Below are positions 8,867 to 18,277 of a DNA stretch of 64,000 nucleotides, one piece after another; position 1 is the first letter of the stretch, and each line of letters starts with the position of its first letter. The stretch comes from a virus. The position numbers and the translations under genes were made by a program. The notes under the pieces were generated by a model. It was not told the DNA's origin, made no database searches, and saw only the letters and a program-made list of their open reading frames with translations. Location: IMG/VR virus record IMGVR_UViG_3300021373_002523, positions 1 through 64,000 of that record. One strand, written 5' to 3'.

Positions 8867-9551
8867 GCTTAATCATTCTTTTTATGATACGAGCTGATGC
8901 AGTCTCCAAAGCCTTCTTGGTTGCAATACCGATTGTTGATTTATTAAACTTAACTTCATTATCTTCACCAATCTGACTTCTTTTAATTGTAACTGCTTCC
9001 CCGCTTCCGCTTCCTGTAAAGATTGTTCCTGTTTCAGCATTAACAAATCTTACTTGCATACCGATAATAGTTTTAAGAACTGTTTTGACACCATCAACTG
9101 TGACTTCTTCTTCCTCTGATACAGAATAATCATATATCTCTACATAAACAAAATATTCTGCCAATACAACATTACCTACAACTTTAATATCATTTGCGGA
9201 TATACCTTTAGCAGCTGCTTTATGTTGTTTTACCATTCTTTGTTTGATTTCTTCTTTATCTTCAGTGAATAAAAATCTATCCGTCCATTCCAAATAAGAC
9301 AAAGTAATGTTACTTACACCAAGTCCTACTCGGTTCTCTCTTAACTCTGGATAGAACTCATATAATTCTGGAGTAAAGCCAATGTTTAAAACTTGAATAG
9401 GTAATTGATAATCTAACATATAATCTGATACCTCATCTATGTCTGATTTTTGTTCAAAGCCAGCTTTATAATCTTCAGTTTCAGTTTTTCCTATTTGAGC
9501 ATTAGCTGTAAGATTAAATAAAAGTAATGCAATTAAAAATATTCTTACCAT
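8847..9551 (-). CDS. CsgG/HfaB-family protein
   Basis: Signal peptide; AEYFVYVEIYDYS...IGMQVRFVNAETGTI pattern of the CsgG fold. Confidence 0.7.
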   Translation of the reverse strand: MVRIFLIALLLFNLTANAQIGKTETEDYKAGFEQKSDIDEVSDYMLDYQLPIQVLNIGFTPELYEFYPELRENRVGLGVSNITLSYLEWTDRFLFTEDKEEIKQRMVKQHKAAAKGISANDIKVVGNVVLAEYFVYVEIYDYSVSEEEEVTVDGVKTVLKTIIGMQVRFVNAETGTIFTGSGSGEAVTIKRSQIGEDNEVKFNKSTIGIATKKALETASARIIKRMIKRGIFEE

Positions 9552-9805
9552 GATATCTCTTCTTCTTTTTCTTCTTCCTTAGGAGGTATAACTATTGTTT
9601 TGGTTATTACCAAAGTATCCTTTACATTGTTTGGAGTGTTAATTCTTTGCTCCATTACAGGTTGCTCTACTTTTTCTTCTTTAGGTTCAAATATAGATTG
9701 CATATTGGCTATCAATAAACCAAAAGCTGCTGTTATAACTAAACCTATCCCGGTTACTATTTGATTCTTAATTTCTGAAAAGAACCCTCCCTTTTTATCT
9801 TCCAT
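9545..9805 (-). CDS. Small single-TM protein
   Basis: One TM helix; coupled to the CsgG-like gene. Confidence 0.65.
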   Translation of the reverse strand: MEDKKGGFFSEIKNQIVTGIGLVITAAFGLLIANMQSIFEPKEEKVEQPVMEQRINTPNNVKDTLVITKTIVIPPKEEEKEEEISW

Positions 9806-9806
9806 C

Positions 9807-10544
9807 TTATTTCTTTATTATTTTGAATGTTTTTACAAATACACCATTTGTTACTTGTAACAAATAAATGCCTTGTCCTAAATCAGATAAATCTGTTTGA
9901 AAAGAAACATAACCACTAAAGAATCTCTTCCTTAACTTTTTATATGTTACTCCGCTATAACTAATTACTCTGATTTCATAATCACCGTTGTCTGGTACAG
10001 TTAAATCAAAAGTTAGCATTCCTTTTGTTGGAACTGGATAAACGACTCCATAAATGCCATCCATTGGTCTAGTATCAAATGGGGCCATTCTTTTATTGAC
10101 ATACCCATCAGTATTTAAAACTTCAATATCCCACCCTAACTCAGTCCCGGCCGTTTTTCTTCCAATCGTTATAGGAATAGTATCCCAATCTTGGTTAGTA
10201 ACTTTAAATCTTATTGTAAATAATTCAGTGGTGTTACTTATTGTATATGTACCAAAAGAAGCATCATAACCACCCCATCTAACAGTTTCACCTTCCCAAT
10301 CCATTGTATAAGTTAACCATTCTTGAGCTTTAGCAGTGACATTAACTGATACAAATTCTAAATAATCAGAATCATAATTTAATGCAAATTCTAAACTACC
10401 AACATCTTCACCTACAGTTTCAATTTCAATAGGTAAATTAATGTATTCACTAACAGGCACCTCAATCTCAGGTACATTAAAGACGACCTGAGACTGAGCG
10501 CATGTTGATATGATAAACAATAATGTTAATAGAATCCCTCTCAT
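9807..10544 (-). CDS. Cohesin-domain protein with T9SS C-terminal sorting domain
   Basis: Signal peptide; LPIEI...VGSLEFALNYDSDYLEF (cohesin); VYPVPT...DLSDLGQGIYLLQV...KTFKIIKK (CTD type A). Confidence 0.8.
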   Translation of the reverse strand: MRGILLTLLFIISTCAQSQVVFNVPEIEVPVSEYINLPIEIETVGEDVGSLEFALNYDSDYLEFVSVNVTAKAQEWLTYTMDWEGETVRWGGYDASFGTYTISNTTELFTIRFKVTNQDWDTIPITIGRKTAGTELGWDIEVLNTDGYVNKRMAPFDTRPMDGIYGVVYPVPTKGMLTFDLTVPDNGDYEIRVISYSGVTYKKLRKRFFSGYVSFQTDLSDLGQGIYLLQVTNGVFVKTFKIIKK

Positions 10545-10545
10545 A

Positions 10546-11640
10546 TTAGTTTAAACCAGTACCATTAGCATCACCTAAAATAAGTAGGTAAAAATTACCT
10601 GATGTAGTACCATTAATTTGAGGAGATAAAAATTCTGACTGACCTGGTATCGTAACAGATTGATCTGATGACGATGCATCAATAGTATTAAATTGTGCTT
10701 CAGTAAAAAATAATACATCTGGGTTTGCTGGATAATTACTATTACCTTGAGCTAGCCTAGAAAATACCAAGTATGAATCAGATGCAGTTACTCCATTAGT
10801 TTGATTTGGGTTTGCAGTATAAAATTGAACACCTGACGCAGATTGAATACCTGCGGCAATTTGTGCAATCATATTAGCATCTGCCGTAGATAATGCCGTA
10901 CTAGCATCTAAGCCACTTGCAATCTTTAATCTGATTTGCCAATATCCTTCATCAATGTATTCTGAAAATACAGCAGTTCCATCTACAGCAGTTGTTACTG
11001 TTGCAACATCACTCCAAGTTGAACCATCCGATGATTTTTGTAAAATGACTGGAATAGATTCCGCTGGATTAGTAGCATCATTTAAAATAGTAGCTGTATA
11101 ATCAAATGCAGGTTCAATAAAGTTACCTCCATTATCTTGTGTACCTAAAGCACCATCAGTTCCATCTGACTTTGCATAATATGCAATTAAGTCAGTTGTA
11201 AAATCTAAACCTGTAACAGCGCCGTTAGTATAGCTTGATTTAAAAGGTAAGTCAACTGAGAACATATTACCTGTGATGATATCAAAAGTAGTTGATGCTC
11301 CATCATAAACCCATACAACCTTAACAACACCACTTGATGTATCTACATCTGTAGCCATATAACCTACAGGACCAGATGTAGCATTATATGTAACAGTTGG
11401 AGAATCAAAAACTGTATTATCATAACTGAATGAGAATTGAATACCTTTCACCACATTTCCTGAAGTATTGTCATAGTAAATGTCAACACTAGTATTTGAA
11501 CTAGATGTAACAGATTCTAAAGAATACGTCGAATCAAGAATAACCCATGGCTTGGTAGCATCAGGTGCAGTTGTTTGTCCAAAGACAAATACTGAACTCA
11601 TTACCAAAAGTAGTGTTAAAAGAATGTTTTTCGTTTTCAT
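10546..11640 (-). CDS. Secreted cohesin + Ig-like + dockerin-like protein
   Basis: Signal peptide; VKGIQFSFSYDNTVF (cohesin); LSTADA...ANPNQTNGVTASD...LGDANGTG (dockerin-like). Confidence 0.65.
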   Translation of the reverse strand: MKTKNILLTLLLVMSSVFVFGQTTAPDATKPWVILDSTYSLESVTSSSNTSVDIYYDNTSGNVVKGIQFSFSYDNTVFDSPTVTYNATSGPVGYMATDVDTSSGVVKVVWVYDGASTTFDIITGNMFSVDLPFKSSYTNGAVTGLDFTTDLIAYYAKSDGTDGALGTQDNGGNFIEPAFDYTATILNDATNPAESIPVILQKSSDGSTWSDVATVTTAVDGTAVFSEYIDEGYWQIRLKIASGLDASTALSTADANMIAQIAAGIQSASGVQFYTANPNQTNGVTASDSYLVFSRLAQGNSNYPANPDVLFFTEAQFNTIDASSSDQSVTIPGQSEFLSPQINGTTSGNFYLLILGDANGTGLN

Positions 11641-11656
11641 TTGTTTTTAATTTTTT

Positions 11657-12730
11657 TTAGTTTTTATGCCCCGCTCCTATGACATAAAAGGTTGTTTGAT
11701 TTTCATTGGCTAAATCAAAGAGCGACCATTGTCCATATCCTGGAAAAAGTGTTTTATCATCGGTATCTACTGAAACCGCATCCCAAACATAAGGTTGTTG
11801 CCAGTAGTTTGTGATCCACAGTGTCTGACCAAAACCAGGATAAGTTGTAATATTACCTTGTTTGGTTTGATGCATTAAATAAATATCGGACACTGAAAAG
11901 TCACCTGAATTATTAACATCCATTCTCCAGTAATCTTTTGAACTAATCGGTCCTGTTAAAAGCCTATTGGTAAACCAATTAATATCTGTTGTGGTTGGAA
12001 GATCCAACTCTGGATAGATGTTTATAGTAAAATCGTAATCATCGTAGTTTAGATTTGTATTAAATGAATAATAGCCATTAGCATCCGTTACTACGGAATC
12101 TGCTTCGGTATAACTAAAGCCTGGCTGATTTTTATTTTGTGTTAGTAATTTAACTGTCACTCCAGCTAATCCCTGTTCTTCTGCACCCTTTACATAACCA
12201 TCAGCTGAAATAGGATCAGTTGCCCCAGTAATTGTAGTTTTAAAATCAACAGTATTACCATAAGAATAATTTCCACATAAAGTAGGAGCAGAAGAATAGA
12301 CCATTATGAATCTCATATAAACTTCTCCATTAAAAACTGTTTGCGGTACAGTAAAGGTATGTGTAAAATTTTGAATTCCATTTACAACAGCTGATGTAGA
12401 ATGTATTAATTCACCAGCATCTGTTAAATCACCATTGCCATTAAAGTCAATCCATAATTTAAAAAATTGATTATAGTTACCAGTTGTCTGTATTTGATAA
12501 TCCAGCTGAATTACATCACCTGCATTTATAGCAGGAACTGGTGTACTTGTATGATCTACATAACCAGGACCACTCCATCCAGTATTTACTGTATAGCTTT
12601 GTCCATTTATAGTTATTGAATTTACACGCTCATAACCAAAATTAGTCGAAGTTGATGAACATAATGGAGATTGCCCAAAACTGTCAAAACTAATGAAAAG
12701 AAATAGAATAAGTAATTTAATGTATCTCAT
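11657..12730 (-). CDS. Secreted GEVED-domain + dockerin-like protein
   Basis: Signal peptide; WIDFNGNGDLTDAGE...MRF...YGNTVDF (GEVED); DVNNSGDFSVSD Ca-binding loop. Confidence 0.75.
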   Translation of the reverse strand: MRYIKLLILFLFISFDSFGQSPLCSSTSTNFGYERVNSITINGQSYTVNTGWSGPGYVDHTSTPVPAINAGDVIQLDYQIQTTGNYNQFFKLWIDFNGNGDLTDAGELIHSTSAVVNGIQNFTHTFTVPQTVFNGEVYMRFIMVYSSAPTLCGNYSYGNTVDFKTTITGATDPISADGYVKGAEEQGLAGVTVKLLTQNKNQPGFSYTEADSVVTDANGYYSFNTNLNYDDYDFTINIYPELDLPTTTDINWFTNRLLTGPISSKDYWRMDVNNSGDFSVSDIYLMHQTKQGNITTYPGFGQTLWITNYWQQPYVWDAVSVDTDDKTLFPGYGQWSLFDLANENQTTFYVIGAGHKN

Positions 12731-12779
12731 ATACTATATATCTTAAAAAATGAATTAAGATGTATAGTAATAGAAGAAT

Positions 12780-13400
12780 TTAATTTAAAAATACCTTTGC
12801 CCTAGAGCCATCATTATATTCAAAAAGATATAATCTACCAGGTTCTAAACCAATTATATCTTTTTGGATATACCTACCAAGAAAGTCCCATACTCCTGTT
12901 ACCTCCTTATTAACATTTACTAATTCGGCAACATTAACTACATCATAACAATTATCCCAGACAGGATTAAAGCCAATGTAATTATTAGAATTGTTAGGAT
13001 CTAGGTTAATAGAATTATTTACACCTGTTGCAGTGACTGTGGCCACGCAAGTTTCTTGGTAAGAAGCAAATGCATTATCAAAACAACTAAAAGGGTCTGT
13101 CCAATCGGAGAAAGAATACGTGATAGTGTCATTTAAACCAAGAGGTGGATAAAAGTTACTAGTATTAGAAGAAAGGTTACACATCATAGCATCATAACTA
13201 AAATAAAGTTGTACTACATAAACAGAATCAGGTGTAGGTACCCATGAAGGTGTTGATGAATTGGAACAAACATTATCATTTAAAGTTAAAGTTATGGTTT
13301 GGTCATCCCAGTCTATATTTAATAATTCAAGATCACATGTTTGTGCAGATATGCCTGTAGCTAGAAAAAGGCCATAAAAGGCTAAGAGTAGATGTTTCAT
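12780..13400 (-). CDS. Secreted Cys-rich protein with T9SS-like C-terminal domain
   Basis: Signal peptide; C-terminal WDFLGRY...LYLFEYNDGSRAKV. Confidence 0.55.
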   Translation of the reverse strand: MKHLLLAFYGLFLATGISAQTCDLELLNIDWDDQTITLTLNDNVCSNSSTPSWVPTPDSVYVVQLYFSYDAMMCNLSSNTSNFYPPLGLNDTITYSFSDWTDPFSCFDNAFASYQETCVATVTATGVNNSINLDPNNSNNYIGFNPVWDNCYDVVNVAELVNVNKEVTGVWDFLGRYIQKDIIGLEPGRLYLFEYNDGSRAKVFLN

Positions 13401-13577
13401 TAGGTAATAAATTATTTTGGAGTTGTGCCCAGCGTTATGAGCTTAGAGAATTATATATTCACACCTAGTACAAAAACAATAACCATAATTAAAATATAAA
13501 TTGCTGGTGTAATGTCGAGTTTAGTTTTAGTTTCCATATATTATTTATAGAGAAAACTACCTAAAGTTTCGTCTTTC

Positions 13578-13617
13578 AATATTAATTCAATATTAATTCA
13601 ATGTTATCTGAATGTTA
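13578..13617. repeat. Four direct repeats AATRTTA with exact 11-bp period (candidate PhoB/OmpR-type boxes)
   Basis: Copies at 13578, 13589, 13600 and 13611, upstream of the only plus-strand gene. Confidence 0.7.
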
Positions 13618-13653
13618 ACAAGTTTGATATATAATAAAATAACCTAATAAGAT

Positions 13654-14004
13654 ATGAAAACAATTATTTTCTTTTTGGGTCTATTTCTCTCAATTTCTGC
13701 ATACTCACAAGAGAATGTTACGTATGTACAAGACCCGGTGACAGAAGTCATCAACTACACAAAAACCTATAATAATGGCCAGGTAGCAGAAACTGGAACA
13801 TTTAACTCAGATCGTCGACCGCATGGAGAATTCCGAGCTTATGATGAAAACGGTAATCTTTTAACCGTTGCTCATTATAGAAACGGATTAAAGAATGGAA
13901 CTTGGAAACATTGGACTAATGATAAATACACTCAAGTTGTTTATTCCAGAGGTAAAATAATTAAAGCTATTGAAGAGATAAACTTTATAGCATCAAGCAA
14001 TTAA
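13654..14004 (+). CDS. Secreted MORN-variant repeat protein
   Basis: Signal peptide; YNNGQVAETG, HGEFRAYDENG, KNGTWKHW; has its own upstream motif and terminator. Confidence 0.8.
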   Translation: MKTIIFFLGLFLSISAYSQENVTYVQDPVTEVINYTKTYNNGQVAETGTFNSDRRPHGEFRAYDENGNLLTVAHYRNGLKNGTWKHWTNDKYTQVVYSRGKIIKAIEEINFIASSN

Positions 14005-14007
14005 GAC

Positions 14008-14040
14008 AAAAAAGGCTGGTGTAAAAACCAGCCCTTTTTT
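14008..14040. terminator. Bidirectional terminator
   Basis: AAAAAAGGCTGGT-GTAAAA-ACCAGCCCTTTTTT between convergent genes. Confidence 0.85.
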
Positions 14041-14055
14041 ATAAATATCTTTTTC

Positions 14056-14613
14056 TTATTCACATTTAAATCCAGTACCTACTCCTGGTGTAGCCACAGT
14101 CTTACAAGTAACGTCCTTGATTTCAACAGTGTTTTTAATAGGCCATCCTGTTTGATTTGCAGGATTACTTCCCCATGTTAATGTGTATTTCCAATCAGTA
14201 TCTAAAGAATAAATTGTAGATTCCATTGGTGAACCGTATGCATTCCAATCAATACATTTTAATTGGTTTCCTGGTTCTAATTGATATGATAAGCTAAATT
14301 TTCCAGTTGAAGGATTACCGGATCCTCCTACAGGTAATAATTGAGCTTGGAATTCTGAACACTCTGTTGGTAATGTTCTACCAGCAGCACTACAGTTAGA
14401 TGCAATTGTAGCAGAATCACCTGGATTAATATTCCATACTTGACCAGGTTTATCAATACCATAAGTTGCTGTAATTGATACAATTTGGTCTGTTGAATTT
14501 TTAACTAAGATTTCAACTTTATTCATTTCAGTCTCCACCTCAACTTTTTCAGTTGTATGTTTGCACCCTACAAATAAAATAGCTGCAAATAAAAATGTAA
14601 TTAGTTTTTTCAT
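14056..14613 (-). CDS. Putative lipoprotein
   Basis: LFVGC lipobox. Confidence 0.7.
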   Translation of the reverse strand: MKKLITFLFAAILFVGCKHTTEKVEVETEMNKVEILVKNSTDQIVSITATYGIDKPGQVWNINPGDSATIASNCSAAGRTLPTECSEFQAQLLPVGGSGNPSTGKFSLSYQLEPGNQLKCIDWNAYGSPMESTIYSLDTDWKYTLTWGSNPANQTGWPIKNTVEIKDVTCKTVATPGVGTGFKCE

Positions 14614-14679
14614 TGTTTTTGTTTTTTTTATTAATTATTGTCAGGATACCAATTATCCCATTCATCAACTCTATACGCT

Positions 14680-15249
14680 TTATGCGGCTTGAGCCAATTC
14701 TTTATCCAAAGTTTTAACTTCTTTAGCATCTTTCTTTTGAATCTTGTTTAGAATTCTTTCCATTTCAGCATCTGCTAATTTAATAGTGGCTTCAGTTGCT
14801 TTCATTCTAATTTCAAGTTTTATTTTATTTACATATTTTAGAAGAGTTTCATTTTCACCAGCAATACTGTCCATTTGATCTAAGATAATAGATTCTTTAC
14901 TTTCTAATGCTTGCTTCTTTTTTTCTTCTGCCGTTTTTGCCACATCAACACTAGGGTTTGATACATAAGTAGAATCTTTAGCTTTTAAATCTGCTTCAAG
15001 CTTGTCAATATCATTTTGTTCAATTTCTAACTTTTTAATCTGAACCTTTACTTTAAATAATTGATCTCCTAACTTTTTTAATTTTCTTTTCTGTCTAGGA
15101 TTTGTAAAAAGGCCCTTAAAAAAAGAAAAGATCCCTTCATTAAGAACTTCATCTAAATATTCATAACTTACATTACCTTCTAAAAGATTATAAGTTTCCT
15201 GAACCAATTCGTGATTATTAAAATTTGTAAATGTAGGTATTTTATTCAT
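14680..15249 (-). CDS. Putative internal virion protein (coiled coil)
   Basis: MNKIPTFTNF...VLNE-G, CTS-like N-terminus. Confidence 0.55.
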   Translation of the reverse strand: MNKIPTFTNFNNHELVQETYNLLEGNVSYEYLDEVLNEGIFSFFKGLFTNPRQKRKLKKLGDQLFKVKVQIKKLEIEQNDIDKLEADLKAKDSTYVSNPSVDVAKTAEEKKKQALESKESIILDQMDSIAGENETLLKYVNKIKLEIRMKATEATIKLADAEMERILNKIQKKDAKEVKTLDKELAQAA

Positions 15250-15575
15250 TACTTTAAATCTGTTAATTTATTAGTAGCTCTTTTAATGATTAAATCATCA
15301 CCTTTTAACAAAACTGCTAAAGCTCTACCAAAATCTTTTCTTGCAACATCTGTTGAATGAAGATATCTCCATTCTCTAGCTTCTTTATTTGCCCACTGTT
15401 TCCAAATGTCACTTAACTTTATAAAAAATTTAGAACTATCTGTAATATCTTTAAGTTCCTTTTTAATTTTACCTCTATTTTTGTATGCCCATGAATTAAA
15501 ATCTAAATAAGCAAACTCATTAGGAGTTTCTTGGAACATTGGTCTTGCTTCATTAAGAGGCTTAATATATTTCAT
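15249..15575 (-). CDS. Putative internal virion protein
   Basis: MKYIKPLNE-A. Confidence 0.6.
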   Translation of the reverse strand: MKYIKPLNEARPMFQETPNEFAYLDFNSWAYKNRGKIKKELKDITDSSKFFIKLSDIWKQWANKEAREWRYLHSTDVARKDFGRALAVLLKGDDLIIKRATNKLTDLK

Positions 15576-16564
15576 TATGATAGTTTTTGATATAATGCAG
15601 GATATTCTTTTTCAAAATCTTCTCCGTAAGTATCTTGCCAAATTCTAGCAATTTCTCTCTTATCCTTTATTTTTCTTTGTCTTATGATTTTAGCCACAGC
15701 TGGATATTGTGATCTGAAATTTTCACCGTAAGTCTTTTTCCAAATTTCTTCTAAGTCTTCTTCTAAATGATTTTCATGCCTATGTTTACCATCAGAATCT
15801 TTAGTACCATCTTGTGCAGATGATAATTCATTAACAGCTTCTTTAACAAATACAATAAAAGATTCTCCTGCTGAATTAGGATCTTCCAATTCTTTAAAAT
15901 CTACATTATATTTTTTTAATATCTTTTTAGCATCATCCCATTGGTGTGATACATAAGAATAAAGAATAACTGTGTTTTCATCTTCAGGATTAACACCGGC
16001 TTTTTTCCAAATCTTTTTTGTATCATCATCAGCATCATCAAGCCAATCAATTTGAGAACCTTTTCTTTTTAGGTCTCTCATTGCCTTATCAGCATCAGGT
16101 GCTTTACCCCAACCTTCATACATTATATCAGGATGGAATTCCTTTTTCTTTTTCTTTTTCTTTCCATCATTAACTTCTTCAACTTTATCTGGTGCCATAT
16201 CTTTATACATTCCGTATAACCAATCCATAAAATCTGGAGTAGGCTTAAATATCTTAGGGAATCCTTTTTTGAACTTTTTCTTAAAGTCTTCATAATCTTT
16301 TGATGCATCGGCCATTAAATGAATGTTATCCATTACGCCTTCTCTAATCATTCCACCATGATCAAACTGAGATTTATTAACATTAAAGGTTTTGCCGTCT
16401 TTAGTATTCTTTAACTTTAACACATATCCGTTATTATCAAGTACTTCTACTTCACCGCCCATATACAAAACAATAGAGCCTTTTTTGATTTTCTTAAAAT
16501 CCTTAAGGTCTATTTTTTTCATATAGTCCTTGGTGAACTTTTCAAATAACTTAATATATTTCAT
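15575..16564 (-). CDS. Putative internal virion polyprotein
   Basis: MKYIKLFEKF; internal IRE, VEE and VKEAVNE sites; C-terminal repeat IWxxTYGExFxxxYPA twice. Confidence 0.6.
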   Translation of the reverse strand: MKYIKLFEKFTKDYMKKIDLKDFKKIKKGSIVLYMGGEVEVLDNNGYVLKLKNTKDGKTFNVNKSQFDHGGMIREGVMDNIHLMADASKDYEDFKKKFKKGFPKIFKPTPDFMDWLYGMYKDMAPDKVEEVNDGKKKKKKKEFHPDIMYEGWGKAPDADKAMRDLKRKGSQIDWLDDADDDTKKIWKKAGVNPEDENTVILYSYVSHQWDDAKKILKKYNVDFKELEDPNSAGESFIVFVKEAVNELSSAQDGTKDSDGKHRHENHLEEDLEEIWKKTYGENFRSQYPAVAKIIRQRKIKDKREIARIWQDTYGEDFEKEYPALYQKLS

Positions 16565-16566
16565 CT

Positions 16567-17022
16567 TTACTTATTTTGTTTAATAAAATCCTTTACCTCA
16601 TCAATATCCGATTTAATCTTATCTAAATCAGCTTGTGCTTCTTCTAACTCTTCTTCCTTTTCTTCTAACTGTTCCTTAGCCATTTCAGCCATATCTTCAT
16701 CACCGTCAGCAATGTCATTTTTTAAATCTACTATTTCAGATCTAATATCTTTCACTTCATCAGCCTTTTCAGAATATGAATCTTGAAGTTCTTTTAATTC
16801 AGCTTGTGCTTCTTTCATTTCATCAGATCCACCATCATCAGATCCACCTTTCAGTTGGTCTTCTTTTGCTTTAACCTTTTTATACATAGGGTTATCAGTA
16901 TCTCCTAAGATTGTCTTAACAGTAACTTCTCTACCTGATTTAGGATTTTTAATTTTAGTGTTATAAAATTTTTCTAAATCGGATTCTAATATAAATTGTT
17001 CAAATAATTTAATATGTTTCAT
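16567..17022 (-). CDS. Putative internal virion protein
   Basis: MKHIKLFEQFILE-S; acidic coiled coil. Confidence 0.6.
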   Translation of the reverse strand: MKHIKLFEQFILESDLEKFYNTKIKNPKSGREVTVKTILGDTDNPMYKKVKAKEDQLKGGSDDGGSDEMKEAQAELKELQDSYSEKADEVKDIRSEIVDLKNDIADGDEDMAEMAKEQLEEKEEELEEAQADLDKIKSDIDEVKDFIKQNK

Positions 17023-17552
17023 TAGGATTGATTTTTTATTTCATTTTTAATATCTGCATGAAACATATCCATATATTCTTTTGCGCCTTCTTTATCACCA
17101 TCTTCTATCCAATCAATAGCAATACCTAAGTTGGCAAATGGTGTATGATAATTTACATCAGTTGCAGAATCAAATAATTTATTAAGTGTTCTAATTGGAG
17201 TCTTTATACTTGTTTTTAAAGCAAACTTTAACATTCCGTCATAATCAAAATCATTTGACCACTTATCACCAGGCTTAAATTTCTTAGCTTCATTTACTTC
17301 AGCAGATTCACTTAGCTTAATACTTTTAGGATCAATGTTCATTGCAGCCATTTCTTCAGGGCCTTTGCCATCATTGTAATCTACCTTTGCAAATCCTCCT
17401 CTAGGATCAATTTCTAAAACTGTAAACGATGCAGGAAACCTAGCATGGCGTGCAGTTACAGTCTTTCCGTCTTTTAAGGCTAGCGCCATCGCTCTAAAAT
17501 CGCCTTTGTCTGAAAAACCTTCATTTAAATCTAAACTTTTAATATATTTCAT
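17022..17552 (-). CDS. Putative internal virion polyprotein
   Basis: MKYIKSLDLNE-G; internal LSESAEVNE-AK. Confidence 0.6.
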   Translation of the reverse strand: MKYIKSLDLNEGFSDKGDFRAMALALKDGKTVTARHARFPASFTVLEIDPRGGFAKVDYNDGKGPEEMAAMNIDPKSIKLSESAEVNEAKKFKPGDKWSNDFDYDGMLKFALKTSIKTPIRTLNKLFDSATDVNYHTPFANLGIAIDWIEDGDKEGAKEYMDMFHADIKNEIKNQS

Positions 17553-17611
17553 TTTCTTTGTTTTATTTTGTTTTTAATATTCTTAATTCTTTCTTGTGGT
17601 AAAGCAGAATA

Positions 17612-17645
17612 ATCATCCCAGTAACAAAAAATAAACTGGGATGAT
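17612..17645 (-). other. Perfect 11-bp RNA hairpin with 12-nt U-rich loop
   Basis: AUCAUCCCAGU-UUAUUUUUUGUU-ACUGGGAUGAU; no U-tail. Confidence 0.6.
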
Positions 17646-17661
17646 GCTTCCTTCTTTGTGG

Positions 17662-17850
17662 TTACTTTTTTAGCCATCCTCTGAAAAGATCCCAGTTTCT
17701 AGTTAAGAATACACCGAATGCAATTCCAGCATATATCTTATAACCAAACGCCCAAAGACCTAATCCTAGACCTAATGATAGTAAAGCAGAGAATCCTTTT
17801 GAGTCAACCCAACTTACTATTTTTCCAAAAATTTCTTTTGCTTTTTCCAT
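17662..17850 (-). CDS. Small 2-TM membrane protein
   Basis: Two hydrophobic segments, basic C-terminus. Confidence 0.6.
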   Translation of the reverse strand: MEKAKEIFGKIVSWVDSKGFSALLSLGLGLGLWAFGYKIYAGIAFGVFLTRNWDLFRGWLKK

Positions 17851-17886
17851 TACTTGTTTTTATTTTTAAAATTTAACTATTTATGA

Positions 17887-18246
17887 TTAATCGTAAAAAA
17901 TAGTTATTTCGCCAACTGCCGGTCCAGTACCTGCACCAGTTACTTCACTAAATGAAAATTTTCTAATTTGTCCAGTAATAAATCCACCTAGTACTACAGT
18001 ATTGCCTACTTGATCTTTAACAACGATTGTTTCAGGTGCAGCTGTTGTTGCTCCAGCTTTCGTAGTCATGATCCCAGAAGGATATTTTTTAATAGGACCT
18101 TGTGTTAAATTAGTAGTCCCAATAACTTGTTGTGGAACTTGCTGAGTTACATTTATTCCTAAATCTTCATCTCTTAAAAATTGAACATTTGCATCTGTTA
18201 TTGCGGCTACATCAATTTTTGCTATTCCGTATGTTCCTAATCCCAT
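17887..18246 (-). CDS. Hypothetical protein (possibly structural)
   Basis: G/T/V-rich 119 aa behind a late-type motif. Confidence 0.6.
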   Translation of the reverse strand: MGLGTYGIAKIDVAAITDANVQFLRDEDLGINVTQQVPQQVIGTTNLTQGPIKKYPSGIMTTKAGATTAAPETIVVKDQVGNTVVLGGFITGQIRKFSFSEVTGAGTGPAVGEITIFYD

Positions 18247-18256
18247 GATTGTATAT

Positions 18257-18277
18257 TGTTTTCTTTATTTATTCAAC
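18257..18277 (-). promoter_or_regulatory. Late-type promoter GTTGAATAAATAAAGAAAACA
   Basis: Identical 21-mer at 32150-32170; both lie upstream of the CTS-protein clusters; core resembles T4 late TATAAATA. Confidence 0.6.

Noticed and set aside
7150-9551. Complete curli (csg) operon
   Set aside because: No CsgA/B curlin repeats or recognisable CsgE/F; only CsgG-fold proteins
13654-14004. Toxin-antitoxin (YwqK-type) module
   Set aside because: Protein has a signal peptide and no adjacent toxin gene
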